A stretch of DNA of 64,000 bases from an uncultured Flavobacteriales bacterium (GCA_943788405.1 CALSQD010000002.1:1325701-1389700), one strand, 5' to 3'. Shown: positions 1-10,723, numbered from the stretch's first letter. Made by a program: numbers and translations. Notes: generated by a model from the sequence alone, not told the origin.

Positions 1-3000
1 TAAATTCATACATCCTATTCCACTCAAACATTTTACTATAAGTAGGTGCTATAGGATAAGTATTTCCATATGAAGATGTTAAACTTCTTAATTGGGTTTC
101 ATTATAATTTCTATCTACATCCGTTCGAAATGAGAATGACTTTGGCATAGTGTTAAAATTAATATCCTTTATTAATCGAAAGTAAGGCGATTTAGGGAAT
201 TTAACTTTGGCAAATGGTTTTATATTTTTTGGTTGCGTATTAAAATTATAAGTTAATGCTCCTCTGTAATTTACAGTACGATTTTCCTCAATATTTATAT
301 TTCGTATAGATGTTTCATTTTTTGAATAGGAAACTGAGAAATTTTCAATATCATATACTTTTGGTTTCTTAGCTACTTGCCCTTTCTTATTAGTCTTTGC
401 CTTTCTTACATTTGTGAAATTAATACTCTTACGCTTCACATAATCCTGAACTATATGTTTTAAAGAATCTTTTTTGGCAGCATTATCAAGTGCCTTTAAT
501 GAAGTAGTCAATAAAATATCTGGGTCAAGTGGGTTATATTGAGGATTCTTAACCGACTCAGAATTCCCTATATACATAGGCACTTTTACGCCATAATCTT
601 CTGGGAAGAATTTACCTAAATCAAAAGAAGATGAAAAATCATATTGGTAAGCATTGTATTTTTGGCGTTCATTTACTTTTTTCTCAATACTACCAAAACC
701 AACAGTACTCATATTACCTGAAAGAGTTACATTTCCAAAATCAGCTAATTTAGCCGTTAACCTACTGTTAGCAGCCCAACCTCCATACTCATCAAAGTCA
801 GTAAGCCTAAGTTCATTTACCCAAATTTGCCCACATTTAGACAAACCATCATCAGCTGAATTTACACTTACTTTTTTAGGGTTTCTTACACCAATCATTA
901 TTGTTTTTACTTGTGCCAGATTAGGGTTCCCAACAACAGTTACCCTACCTCCGCTCGTATGTTTAATATAGGGCAAACTAACCTCTGAACCATTAAAATT
1001 TCTTTCTTGTTTAGACAATTGGAAAATTTCAAAAGCAATATCAATCTCATTTTCAGTTGGCCAAATATCATCTGCTGAACTTGTAAAATGATTAGTTGGC
1101 GTTAAAGAAATTTCATACTCATAATAGTTAGCCGTGAAGTCGGTTCCTAAACGAATAAAGCATGATAAATCTCCTTTATTCAGATCATCTTCCTCTCCCT
1201 CAGTATGCACAAACATTTTTATACGCTTATAGGCTCTAACATCAATATCGGCAGTTTTATAAGCAGCACGAGAATCACCATCTTGTAAATCACATACTTT
1301 TAATACTAATGATTGTTCATTTTTTTGTCTAAGTGATGTAGTTGTATTATCTACTTCTTGCTCAATTCCAGGAGGCAATACATAATTGATTGGTGAACGA
1401 TTTCCATTTTCTTCAATATTTACAGCCGACACATCAAAAGTTGTTTCTCCTTCATCATCCAAAGGAATGTATTCCCCAGGCTCTGCTAATGAAAAGTTAT
1501 ACCTTCTCCATTCTCCTCTTACTAATTCCAATGTAGCAAAACGACAAATAATTGGCTGATGAAAATCAGTAAAGGCTATCCTCATAAAACGAATAGATTT
1601 AAAATCTCGAATACTTCCAATAACATTATCAGGCTGATAAACTGGAACTCTAAATTGGTACCATTTTATATTTCTTGTTTGCCCGTTTTCTGTTTTTACA
1701 GTAGTTTCTAGCACATCAGATATATGACTATCCCCAACATCCATTCCAGGAAATAACCTAACTTTATATTGAAAATAACTTTCTGTCTCACTTAGAGTAT
1801 GATCTCTATTTAGATCCTCAGTGTTTGGTTGAGAGGATGCAGCTGTAGGGTAAGTTTCAGGCGAATTATCGGTAGTAACCGAATTTCCATCTGTATTATT
1901 AAAATTCTTATATCTATCTAAAATTAATTCTGATCTACTATCAAAATCTGAGCCTCTGAAATAATGGAAATCATCTGCTGAAGGATCCTTTACTGCATTT
2001 TTGTATGCAGTAGAATTTGTACCATATGCTAAAGCTAAAGGTTGAATATAAACTAAATCAAAGAATAATTTTTCATCAGTATTTCTTAGTCCATCCATAC
2101 CGACATCCTGGAACTCTCTAGAGGTAGGATCATTATCAAAGGCCTCAACAATAGAAAAATTAGTAGGCACTCTACCCCAAGCTGTTGTATCAACATCTTC
2201 AACAGTGGCTGAAGTTGGCAATCCATTTTCAAAACTTTTATATCCATCTCGCAATACATCTTCCGATATATTTCCTAGGTGTAAATACATATCACCACCT
2301 GAATGATTAACTAAACCATCCTCATCATTAAAAGGATCCATCATCCAGAACTCTACAAACTCAATATTAGCAGCTTCAAAATCATTCGTCTCCAACTTAC
2401 GCATTATCCCTCCCCAATTTTCGGAAGGAGATATTAAAGTTCCATCAGCATTTAATCCGTTAACCGTATAATTATTTGGTCCTCTTTCCTGAGGGTAATA
2501 AGCTAAATCTAGCACTGCTAAATTTGTAATCTGACTCCCTAAGTCTGGATCTTTGTTTGGAAAAACCTCTGTTTCCAACACCTCTCGCGCATAATGATAA
2601 GATTGCTGGGCTATTGAACTTCCATTTGCTAAAGCAATAGTTTTATTTACATTTGGAGGAGTAATAGAAGTGCTTCTAAAAAATAGCGGATCAATAGTAT
2701 ACCATGCTAGTTTAGCTCTTTTATAACCCAACATCAAATCATTATTCAATGCTGAATTCATAAAAATATCTTCTTGTTTTTCTGGTATAGATGCCATACG
2801 CCAGGCTCCCATATTTTTAATATCTATTGATGTTCTGCTCGACTCAAAGTCATCAATATACGAAATACCTTCCTCTCCAACAGCACTATGATGACCAGGT
2901 ATAAGATGTGCAAATTCAGCAGTAGCTATTAAACGAGATTTTGCTTTTGTTTCAATTAAAGGCAACCAATCAACTGCACGAGTTAACCATGGCGCCTCTG

Positions 3001-5260
3001 TTTGATAATTCCCATCCAAACCCCAAATAGTATTAGAAATTGGCTCATCACCAGTATTAATTTTTTGTGTGTATGGGCGTTCAGTTAAATTCAACATAGT
3101 CGCTCCAATCAAGAAATCTTTATTAATTTCATAATCCGCATGTAAGCCAACTAATGTTTTATTCTGTATTCCAAACATAGAATTATTCTCTAAAGAGATT
3201 TTAATTGGCACTCCTGAATTTAAAATTCCTTCATTGATAATAGTAACACGCCCTAACATATAATCAACTGTATAATCCTGATTTTCAGTTAGCTTTTGTG
3301 AACCTGCCGTTACCGTAACTGACCCCTCAGGAACATTCATAGCATTCAGGCGAATTTCAGCACCTGATGATGATTGATAAGTTCCTTTCAATCTGAATCT
3401 ATTCAATTCAGGATATTGTTGCGCAACTGTAAGGGTAGAGTCATACAATGCTTGATACACATATTTTTTTGCAAGTGTTGGGTTGTTAATCTTATTGTAC
3501 AAATGAGAACCAAACGGTTCGCGTACAGGAAAAATGACTCTTCCATTTGAAGCTTTAGCAGTTACCCCTTCTATAAAATCAAATACTCCATCTGACTGAG
3601 TATCCATCTGCTGATTTAACCTATCTAAATTTAATACTTTTATTAATGGAATTCCTTCTAGATTTCCTTCACCAATATAATTAGTTAGTGCCCCTGATTC
3701 TTCAGTATTTTCGTAAACAACATCTAGTACAAAACCATCTTTACTCATTTGGTAGGCACCAAGAGCATAAACATTTTTCATCATCAAATCCCAGTTAGGA
3801 AGTAATGGCGTGAAATTTGTTCCTTTTAATAATTTTACAAATAATGCTTCTGGTGCATTTGGTCCTGTTGAACTAAGTTCTCCTACTTGAAAAGTTTTAC
3901 TCCCTCTAGTATATTGAAAAGCAACTGCTAAGACCTCATCATTATTAAGTGCTTGATTCAAAGAAATATATCCTAACTGATTATTGATAGTAAACTCTGA
4001 TTCAGAAAGCTTTCTTGCACGCTCTAATTTTTCATAATCTTGGGAGGCTGAGAAAAAAGCAGAATAAGGAGAAAATATATTATTTACCTGATTAATATCT
4101 CTAATTCCACTATGCTGATTAGTTAAATTATAGAAAAGGTTATTTGTGGCATTATCAGGTACTTCTTGAAAAGTAAGGGCTCCTGCAAAATTAGAGTTTG
4201 TATTATACACTTCTGTCTCTCCTAAATCTAAAAAAGAAACAATGTTTCTAGTATTTTCAGTAGTTCCCGTTTTATTAGTTACCCAAACCTCTACTTTTGT
4301 AATATTAATTGCTGAATTTACAAAAGGTAAGTTTGCTAAAGCTACATCATAATTATCCTTAAAATAATGTGCTAAAAAGAAATGCTTGTTTGCTTCATAT
4401 TGGTCAGCATATACATCAAATTCTGAAGTTTGCGCACCACCACTCACTTCAATTTCTGAAGTTGTACTTTTTTGTTGAGATAAAATACCTGTAATTGTTG
4501 TACGCCCAAATTGGAGTTGAGTTTTAAAACCAAATAACGATTGACTACCTGTTATCAAAGTTCCATTTAAAGGCAAACTAACATTACCAACCTCTAGCTT
4601 TTTTATGATTTCATCCTCATAACCCGTATATTCTAGCTTCATTTGATTCTCAAAATCAAAAGTACTTTCGGTATTAAAGCTTGTTGTTAATTTTAATTTA
4701 TCACCAATTTTACCAATTACATTCATTTGTATTTTCTCTTGAAAATCAAAAGATGTAGTCTTTCTTTGTTCTTCTGGTAAAGCAGGGTTATCTAACCTAT
4801 TAATTTTTAAACCAAAAATAAGTTCAGCAGAACCTTGAGGTCGAATATCAACAGCATTACCTCCAAAAATTCTATCAAAAGCTTGTCCAGGTATAAATAA
4901 TTTTGGCAAACCTAAAGCGGAAGTCTGATTACCCATTCTCTCTTTAGATCTATCACTCCAGTAATCAGTAATAGATTTATTCATCTTATATTTCTGGTAA
5001 TCTTTAAAACTAAGTGCCCTAGCATTACCTTCATCAAGATTACCAATCTTGTCCTGAATAAAATATTGATTAGTTTTTAAATCATACTGAACCTTATTGC
5101 TAAAATTAGGAGGATTATACATAAATACCCCTCCATTTTGATTTCCGGAAAAAGGATAAGCCAAAGTGGTATCGGTAGTAGATTGCCCCCACAAAGTAGC
5201 ATTTGCAAAAATAAATGCAAATACGAATACGAATAACTTATGGTTTTTATTGCTTTTCAA
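1..5260 (-). CDS. sprA: SprA, T9SS/gliding-motility outer-membrane translocon (partial; the C-terminal part lies beyond the window start)
   Basis: The minus-strand frame is stop-free from 5260 to the window edge (1753 codons). It is absent from the ORF track because no stop lies in the window. My hand translation of the 5' end gives (TTG)KSNKNHKLFVFVFAFIFANATLWGQ as a signal peptide. It continues ...RPQGSAELIFGLKINRLDNPALPEEQRKTTSFDFQEKIQMNVIGKIGDKLKLTTSFNTESTFDFENQMKLEY..., which I recognise as the conserved SprA N-terminal region. An in-frame TAG at 5264-5266 leaves TTG at 5260 as the only start ahead of the signal peptide. Confidence 0.85.
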   Translation of the reverse strand, partial: MKSNKNHKLFVFVFAFIFANATLWGQSTTDTTLAYPFSGNQNGGVFMYNPPNFSNKVQYDLKTNQYFIQDKIGNLDEGNARALSFKDYQKYKMNKSITDYWSDRSKERMGNQTSALGLPKLFIPGQAFDRIFGGNAVDIRPQGSAELIFGLKINRLDNPALPEEQRKTTSFDFQEKIQMNVIGKIGDKLKLTTSFNTESTFDFENQMKLEYTGYEDEIIKKLEVGNVSLPLNGTLITGSQSLFGFKTQLQFGRTTITGILSQQKSTTSEIEVSGGAQTSEFDVYADQYEANKHFFLAHYFKDNYDVALANLPFVNSAINITKVEVWVTNKTGTTENTRNIVSFLDLGETEVYNTNSNFAGALTFQEVPDNATNNLFYNLTNQHSGIRDINQVNNIFSPYSAFFSASQDYEKLERARKLSESEFTINNQLGYISLNQALNNDEVLAVAFQYTRGSKTFQVGELSSTGPNAPEALFVKLLKGTNFTPLLPNWDLMMKNVYALGAYQMSKDGFVLDVVYENTEESGALTNYIGEGNLEGIPLIKVLNLDRLNQQMDTQSDGVFDFIEGVTAKASNGRVIFPVREPFGSHLYNKINNPTLAKKYVYQALYDSTLTVAQQYPELNRFRLKGTYQSSSGAEIRLNAMNVPEGSVTVTAGSQKLTENQDYTVDYMLGRVTIINEGILNSGVPIKISLENNSMFGIQNKTLVGLHADYEINKDFLIGATMLNLTERPYTQKINTGDEPISNTIWGLDGNYQTEAPWLTRAVDWLPLIETKAKSRLIATAEFAHLIPGHHSAVGEEGISYIDDFESSRTSIDIKNMGAWRMASIPEKQEDIFMNSALNNDLMLGYKRAKLAWYTIDPLFFRSTSITPPNVNKTIALANGSSIAQQSYHYAREVLETEVFPNKDPDLGSQITNLAVLDLAYYPQERGPNNYTVNGLNADGTLISPSENWGGIMRKLETNDFEAANIEFVEFWMMDPFNDEDGLVNHSGGDMYLHLGNISEDVLRDGYKSFENGLPTSATVEDVDTTAWGRVPTNFSIVEAFDNDPTSREFQDVGMDGLRNTDEKLFFDLVYIQPLALAYGTNSTAYKNAVKDPSADDFHYFRGSDFDSRSELILDRYKNFNNTDGNSVTTDNSPETYPTAASSQPNTEDLNRDHTLSETESYFQYKVRLFPGMDVGDSHISDVLETTVKTENGQTRNIKWYQFRVPVYQPDNVIGSIRDFKSIRFMRIAFTDFHQPIICRFATLELVRGEWRRYNFSLAEPGEYIPLDDEGETTFDVSAVNIEENGNRSPINYVLPPGIEQEVDNTTTSLRQKNEQSLVLKVCDLQDGDSRAAYKTADIDVRAYKRIKMFVHTEGEEDDLNKGDLSCFIRLGTDFTANYYEYEISLTPTNHFTSSADDIWPTENEIDIAFEIFQLSKQERNFNGSEVSLPYIKHTSGGRVTVVGNPNLAQVKTIMIGVRNPKKVSVNSADDGLSKCGQIWVNELRLTDFDEYGGWAANSRLTAKLADFGNVTLSGNMSTVGFGSIEKKVNERQKYNAYQYDFSSSFDLGKFFPEDYGVKVPMYIGNSESVKNPQYNPLDPDILLTTSLKALDNAAKKDSLKHIVQDYVKRKSINFTNVRKAKTNKKGQVAKKPKVYDIENFSVSYSKNETSIRNINIEENRTVNYRGALTYNFNTQPKNIKPFAKVKFPKSPYFRLIKDINFNTMPKSFSFRTDVDRNYNETQLRSLTSSYGNTYPIAPTYSKMFEWNRMYEF

Positions 5261-5275
5261 TTCCTAATAAAGTAA

Positions 5276-5860
5276 TTACATTTGGCTCAATGCCGTTCTC
5301 ACTAAATCCTCAACACTTACAATTTCAGGGTTTGATTTCAATACTTTATCAATTTTACTCTCTGCTCCCTTTTTAGCAAATCCTAAAGCTAGTAGTGCAG
5401 ATAACGCTTCTTCTTTAATTGTATTGTCTATTGCATCAAACAATAAATCAGAGGTAGGCATCCCTTTTGCTACTTTATCTTTCAGGTCTATGATAATTCT
5501 TTGAGCAGTTTTTGCTCCTATTCCCTTTACGCTTTGTACGGCTTTTACATCAGCAGTAGTAATGTGGTGTATTATTTCCTGAGGAGAATAAGTGGACAAT
5601 ATAACTTGAGCTGTACTAGGGCCAACTCCTGAAACAGAAATTAAATTTCTAAACAAATGACGCTCACTTTCTTCATAAAAACCAAACAAAGTATGAGAAT
5701 CCTCTTTTACTGAAAGATGTGTAAATAACTTACACAACTCCCCATCAATTGCTGAAAAAGTTTGCAATGAAATTTTGATTTTATACCCAATTCCATTACA
5801 ATCTATCACCACATAAGTTGGCGTTTTTTCAACTAGTTTTCCTTGAATATGTGTTATCAT
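5276..5860 (-). CDS. ruvA: Holliday junction branch-migration complex subunit RuvA
   Basis: 194 aa. It has an N-terminal OB-fold pattern (MITHIQGKL...VVIDCNGIGYKIKIS) and HhH motifs (GVGPSTA, GIGAKTAQRI). The start ATG overlaps the maeB stop (ATGA on the minus strand, 5857-5860). Confidence 0.95.
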   Translation of the reverse strand: MITHIQGKLVEKTPTYVVIDCNGIGYKIKISLQTFSAIDGELCKLFTHLSVKEDSHTLFGFYEESERHLFRNLISVSGVGPSTAQVILSTYSPQEIIHHITTADVKAVQSVKGIGAKTAQRIIIDLKDKVAKGMPTSDLLFDAIDNTIKEEALSALLALGFAKKGAESKIDKVLKSNPEIVSVEDLVRTALSQM

Positions 5861-8127
5861 TTTTTAATTTGTGCGTCAACCACTGAAAGGGTTACCATAT
5901 TAATAATTTCACGAACTGTACAGCCTAACTGTAAAATATGAACTGACTTTTTCATTCCCACTAAAACAGGACCAATAGAATCTACCTCAGCAACTTCTTG
6001 AAGTAATTTATAAGCTAAATTCCCTGACTCCAAATTAGGGAAAATTAAAGTATTTGCACTTTCTTCTGCTAATGGTGAAAAAGGAAAAATTCGTTCTGTT
6101 TTTTCAGTATCCAAAGCAAAATCAGCTTGTATCTCCCCATCAACTACTAGGTTAGGGTGTTCTTTTCTAATGATATCAGCAGCTTTTGCCATTTTGGATG
6201 AAGCATTAGTTCTGGTAGATCCAAAATTAGAGAATGACAACAATGCCAATCTTGGTTTTATTCTGAATTGCTTAACTGTTTTTGCAATCATAGCACTCAT
6301 TTCAGCAATTTCTTCTGCAGTAGGGTTAAGGTTGATAGTTGTATCTGCCAAAAACAAAGTTCCTTTTTTTGTTCGCATAATATACATTCCAACAACTTTA
6401 TTTACACCTTCTTCTTTTCCAATTACCTCAAGTGCAGGTTTTATTGTACTTCTGTAATTTCTAGAAATCCCTGATATTAAGGCATCAGCCTCACCAGTTT
6501 CCACCATCATTGAACCAAAATAATTACGCTCACGCATTAATTTTCTTGCTTCAAATTGTGTTAAGCCTTTTCGTTTTCTCTTCTCCCAAAATAAATCACC
6601 AAATTCATGACGCTTTTTTTCTTGAGCAACTTCTTTAGGGTCAATTATACATATATCTTCAAACTCTATAGAAAACTCCTCAATTAATGCTTCAATTTTT
6701 TTTCTTCTACCTAATAAGATTGGCACTGCAATTCCATCATCTTTTACTTGTTGTGCTGCCTTTAATATTTTATAATGTTCTGCTTCAGCAAAAACTACTT
6801 TTTTAGAATTTCTCTTAGCTCGAGCTGTTAAGGTTCTTACTAATTTATTATCCAAGCCTAATCTTTTCTTTAAACTCTCACGATATTTATTCCAATCTGG
6901 AATTTCTTCTTGTGCTACACCCGAACGAACTGCTGCCATTGCAACTGCAGGCGCTACAGCAGTAATCAACCTTGGGTCCAATGGTTTTGGAATAATATAC
7001 TCTGGTCCGAATGCCAATGTATTGTCATCATAAGCCAAGTTAATTTCATCCAAAACTGTTTCTTTGGCTAAATTAGCAATTGCTTTTACAGCAGCCAATT
7101 TCATACTTTCATTAATTTCAGTTGCTCTCACATCCATTGCTCCTCTAAAAATATAAGGGAATCCAAGTACATTATTTACTTGATTAGGATGGTCAGATCT
7201 TCCAGTAGCCATGATAATATCATCACGAGAATTCATAGCTTCTTTATATGCAATTTCAGGGTCAGGATTGGCTAAAGCAAAAACAATTGGGCGTTTTGCC
7301 ATAGATTTAATCATCTCTACTGACACAATATTTCCTTTTGACAACCCTAAAAATACATCTGAATTTTTAATAGCCTCTTCCAAAGTATCTACTCGCCTAT
7401 TGGTAGCGAAAAGCAATTTTTTACCTTGCAATCCTACTCTATTTTGCTTGATAACTCCTTTGCTATCAAGCATTACTAAATTCTCTTTCTTAACTCCTAA
7501 TGCTAAATATAATTTTGAACATGACATAGCGGCTGCTCCTGCTCCATTTACTACAATTTTAACTTTAGTAATATCTTTTTTAGCAATCTCTAATGCATTT
7601 AACAATGCTGCTGAAGATATAATAGCTGTTCCATGCTGATCATCATGCATTACAGGAATGTCTAATTCTTCTTTTAATCTTCTTTCAATCTCAAAACATT
7701 CTGGTGCTTTTATATCTTCCAGATTAATTCCACCGAAAGTAGGAGAAATTGCCTTTACAGTCTCTACAAATTTATCCACCTCAGTAGCATCAACCTCAAT
7801 ATCAAAAACATCAATGTCAGCAAAAATTTTAAAAAGCAATCCTTTTCCTTCCATTACAGGTTTTGATGCTTCAGGACCAATATTACCCAGTCCTAATACA
7901 GCTGTACCATTAGAAATAACAGCAACTAAGTTCCCTTTTGCTGTATATTTATATACATCATTTTTTTTCTTTTCTATCTGTATACAAGGCTCTGCCACTC
8001 CTGGAGAGTAGGCTAAAGACAATTCTCTTTGAGAAGAATGTTGCTTTGTTGGTACAACTTCAATTTTACCCGGCCTTCCCTCAGCATGATATGCTAATGC
8101 TTCCTTCTTACTTACTTTCTTTGCCAT
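5857..8127 (-). CDS. maeB: NADP-dependent malic enzyme (malic enzyme domain fused to a phosphotransacetylase-like domain)
   Basis: 756 aa. It has an N-terminal malic enzyme core ([21 protein letters not shown] Rossmann motif) and a roughly 330-aa PTA-like C-terminal domain, which is the typical MaeB architecture. Confidence 0.95.
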   Translation of the reverse strand: MAKKVSKKEALAYHAEGRPGKIEVVPTKQHSSQRELSLAYSPGVAEPCIQIEKKKNDVYKYTAKGNLVAVISNGTAVLGLGNIGPEASKPVMEGKGLLFKIFADIDVFDIEVDATEVDKFVETVKAISPTFGGINLEDIKAPECFEIERRLKEELDIPVMHDDQHGTAIISSAALLNALEIAKKDITKVKIVVNGAGAAAMSCSKLYLALGVKKENLVMLDSKGVIKQNRVGLQGKKLLFATNRRVDTLEEAIKNSDVFLGLSKGNIVSVEMIKSMAKRPIVFALANPDPEIAYKEAMNSRDDIIMATGRSDHPNQVNNVLGFPYIFRGAMDVRATEINESMKLAAVKAIANLAKETVLDEINLAYDDNTLAFGPEYIIPKPLDPRLITAVAPAVAMAAVRSGVAQEEIPDWNKYRESLKKRLGLDNKLVRTLTARAKRNSKKVVFAEAEHYKILKAAQQVKDDGIAVPILLGRRKKIEALIEEFSIEFEDICIIDPKEVAQEKKRHEFGDLFWEKRKRKGLTQFEARKLMRERNYFGSMMVETGEADALISGISRNYRSTIKPALEVIGKEEGVNKVVGMYIMRTKKGTLFLADTTINLNPTAEEIAEMSAMIAKTVKQFRIKPRLALLSFSNFGSTRTNASSKMAKAADIIRKEHPNLVVDGEIQADFALDTEKTERIFPFSPLAEESANTLIFPNLESGNLAYKLLQEVAEVDSIGPVLVGMKKSVHILQLGCTVREIINMVTLSVVDAQIKK

Positions 8128-8191
8128 AAATTTATTCTATCTATAAGTAGGCAAATTTAATGATTTGATTCTATCTAGCACCATAAAAAAG

Positions 8192-8219
8192 AAAACCCTG
8201 CACATAAGTGCAGGGTTTT
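8192..8219 (-). terminator. Rho-independent terminator downstream of the 8241-8957 gene
   Basis: Perfect hairpin AAAACCCTGCAC-ATAA-GTGCAGGGTTTT. On the minus strand it is followed by a T6 run (A85-A90 on the plus strand). Confidence 0.7.
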
Positions 8220-8240
8220 AAAAATTATATATAGTATTTA

Positions 8241-8957
8241 CTACTTTACAATCAGTTTTTTAATTGAAACAACTTCATCATTTACAAGTAGATTTCCAAA
8301 GTAAATTCCTTTAGTCATATCTGTTAAGTCTAGCTTTTGAATTCCTTCCTCTGAAAGTTCAATGCTCTTCACTTCATTTCCTAAAATATCAATTAACTTA
8401 AGAGTAGCTAAACTTCCTTTAAAGTTGAAATAAACCATTTCACTAGCAGGGTTAGGGTAAAAATCTCCAACTTCATTGAATGCTGCAGTCTCATTAATTG
8501 AAGTAGTTTCACTACAATCATAAGTTATAGTAACACAAGTCTCATCAGTAGGATTATTTTCATCATAAAAACAATACTTAACAGTTGCAATTCCAGCAAC
8601 TCCTCCAGCATTAAAATATCCTGAATGCGCATCTAAATCACTATTGTCATATGAAATAGCCTGCCCAGCATCAATAGTTGCAGCAGAACTAGGATTAGTT
8701 GCGCTTGTAGGATAACAAGTCCCAGCAAAACAATAAGATGATCCTGCCCATGCAGGCATACCTAAGGGTAAAGTAATATTTGTTTTTTGACAAATAACAC
8801 TAATAGAATCTCCTGAAACATTTTTCACATCTAAATGATGTTCAATTTGAATATTAGGATCACCAGTAAACATTGTATCTCCAGTAATCACTATACTTTG
8901 TGCAGCAGCAAATCCAATTTGAGCAATTACTAGTATAAAAAGTAGATTTTTTTTCAT
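8241..8957 (-). CDS. Secreted protein with a T9SS type-A C-terminal sorting domain, function unknown
   Basis: 238 aa. It has a signal peptide (MKKNLLFILVIAQIGFAAAQ), a Cys-rich middle part and a C-terminal FYPNPASEMVYFNF...KGIYFGNLLV...KLIVK sorting-domain pattern. Confidence 0.8.
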   Translation of the reverse strand: MKKNLLFILVIAQIGFAAAQSIVITGDTMFTGDPNIQIEHHLDVKNVSGDSISVICQKTNITLPLGMPAWAGSSYCFAGTCYPTSATNPSSAATIDAGQAISYDNSDLDAHSGYFNAGGVAGIATVKYCFYDENNPTDETCVTITYDCSETTSINETAAFNEVGDFYPNPASEMVYFNFKGSLATLKLIDILGNEVKSIELSEEGIQKLDLTDMTKGIYFGNLLVNDEVVSIKKLIVK

Positions 8958-8971
8958 GCTTTAATTTTTTG

Positions 8972-8979
8972 CAAATGTA
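8972..8979 (-). promoter_or_regulatory. Candidate -7 promoter box (TACATTTG on the minus strand) for the 8241-8957 gene
   Basis: Plus-strand CAAATGTA is the reverse complement of TACATTTG, which matches the Bacteroidota TAnnTTTG motif. It lies 14 nt upstream of the ATG. Confidence 0.4.
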
Positions 8980-9059
8980 TAGTATTTATCTTAAAACTCA
9001 TTTGTTTTTGAACACATAAGACAATTAAAATAAATTCTTTATAACTCTTATATTTTTAG

Positions 9060-9067
9060 TACATTTG
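9060..9067 (+). promoter_or_regulatory. Candidate -7 promoter box (TACATTTG) for the 9101-10723 gene
   Basis: TACATTTG matches TAnnTTTG and lies 33 nt upstream of the ATG. It is the same octamer as the divergent neighbour's box. Confidence 0.4.
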
Positions 9068-9100
9068 CCAAATTATTAAATTAACAAAAAATAAAAAGAA

Positions 9101-10723
9101 ATGAAAAAAATATTACTCATTACAATTGTTGGCTTATTCTCTTTCAACAATACACTAGCACAAATTTTCTCAGAAGATTTTAATGCAGGAATTCCTATTA
9201 CATTTACACTTACTGATGTAGACGGATTAACACCAAATAACACTAATTTTTCAGTTGGCTCATTTTCAGGTGGTAACCTAACAGCTGAAGACTGTGCAAT
9301 AAGTGTTTCATGGTTTAACCCAGTAGGTCAAGCAGATGACTGGATGAGTACTCCTGCAATTACATTACCAAATACAACATCACCTATTAGCTTACAATTT
9401 GATGCGCTTGGATATGAGGCAGCTTACTCAGATGGAGTAGAAGTTTATGTATCAACTACAGGTGCAACACCTAGTGACTTTACCGGAACAGCATTATACA
9501 ATTCTACACCAACTACTCCTGGCCCAAACCCTACAGGAGGTGAAAATGATGTTTGGACAACAAGATCAGTTGATTTAACTTCTTTTGTTGGGCAAACAAT
9601 ATATATTGCATTTCGTAATAACTCTAATGATATGAATATGTTAGGAATTGATAATATTATTGTTAACGAACTATTAGATGATAATGCTGAATTAGTTTCT
9701 GCAAATATTGATGCTGTAATTGCCGGAAATAGAACAGTTGACATTACAATAAAAAATATTGGAGCTACTAACATTACTTCTTTAAACCTTGAATGGGATT
9801 TTAATGGCGGAGTAACAACTCCTGTTAATGTTACAGGGATTAATTTAACAACAGGACAAACTCATACTGAAACAGTAAGTTTAGGAAATCTTGCGATCGG
9901 AGGTCCTTATTCATTCAATTCAATAGTTACACTTGTTAATGGGAATACTGATCCTGAGATGAGCAATAATTCAATCAATACTAACTTTACTATAGTTGAA
10001 ATGATTCCAAACTGGACAATGACTGATTCATATGGAAATTCTATCACATTACATGATGAATTAGCTGCAGGGAAGATGATTGTTCTAGATTTTATGGCAT
10101 CATGGTGTGGCCCTTGTGCAACATCAACTCCTGAATTAAACACTATGTATGTAAACCATACAACTGGAGCGTATGATAATTTAAATGTATTTGGAATTAC
10201 AATAGAATCAACTGATGACGCATCAGTTATAAATAATTTAGGATGGGGAGGTACTTATCCAAAATTCCCATTTAGTGCAACAAATTATGATCAATATAAT
10301 CATTACGAAAATACATTAGGGCTAGGTTCTGGAGGAATCCCTTTCTTTGTTATGATTTGCCCTAACAAAACAGATCCTGGAAATAGTACAATTGTACAAT
10401 CAGACGTAGGATTTTCTAGTGGTTTATTTACCTCCAGCTATGAAACAAAATTTGCAGCTTGCCCTTCAGCTGACAATACAGGAAGTACTGCTGTTAATAA
10501 TATTACTCAAGAATTAAACATCTACCCTAACCCTGCAAAAGATGTATTGAGAATTGAAGGAAATTACACTTCAGCTGCTATATATGATATGTTTGGAAAA
10601 TTAGTTTTATCTACTGATGCGCAAAAAACTATTGATATCTCAACTTTAAGTAATGGCGTTTATTTTGTAAACATTAACAATAATAAAGTTACTACAGTTA
10701 AGAAGATTACTATAACTAAGTAA
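9101..10723 (+). CDS. T9SS-sorted multidomain protein: MAM/choice-of-anchor-J-like domain, Ig-like domain, thioredoxin-fold (WCGPC) domain and C-terminal sorting domain
   Basis: 540 aa with a signal peptide. The N-terminal FSEDFN...DDWMSTPAI...IAFRNNSNDMNMLGIDNIIV pattern is followed by a mid Ig-like repeat. A redoxin-like block (MIVLDFMASWCGPCATSTPELN) comes next. The C-terminus is NIYPNPAKDVLRIEG...GVYFVNINN...KKITITK. Confidence 0.8.
   Translation: MKKILLITIVGLFSFNNTLAQIFSEDFNAGIPITFTLTDVDGLTPNNTNFSVGSFSGGNLTAEDCAISVSWFNPVGQADDWMSTPAITLPNTTSPISLQFDALGYEAAYSDGVEVYVSTTGATPSDFTGTALYNSTPTTPGPNPTGGENDVWTTRSVDLTSFVGQTIYIAFRNNSNDMNMLGIDNIIVNELLDDNAELVSANIDAVIAGNRTVDITIKNIGATNITSLNLEWDFNGGVTTPVNVTGINLTTGQTHTETVSLGNLAIGGPYSFNSIVTLVNGNTDPEMSNNSINTNFTIVEMIPNWTMTDSYGNSITLHDELAAGKMIVLDFMASWCGPCATSTPELNTMYVNHTTGAYDNLNVFGITIESTDDASVINNLGWGGTYPKFPFSATNYDQYNHYENTLGLGSGGIPFFVMICPNKTDPGNSTIVQSDVGFSSGLFTSSYETKFAACPSADNTGSTAVNNITQELNIYPNPAKDVLRIEGNYTSAAIYDMFGKLVLSTDAQKTIDISTLSNGVYFVNINNNKVTTVKKITITK

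Noticed and set aside
654-971. A plus-strand 105-aa ORF, the only ORF-track entry in the first 5 kb.
   Set aside because: It is antisense to the continuous sprA reading frame. The translation is proline- and leucine-rich noise.
6170-8129. Five plus-strand ORFs (6170-6457, 6268-6474, 7211-7639, 7658-8011, 7938-8129) lie inside maeB.
   Set aside because: All are antisense to a confidently identified 756-aa gene. They have low-complexity S/F/I/L-rich translations and recognisable motifs are absent.
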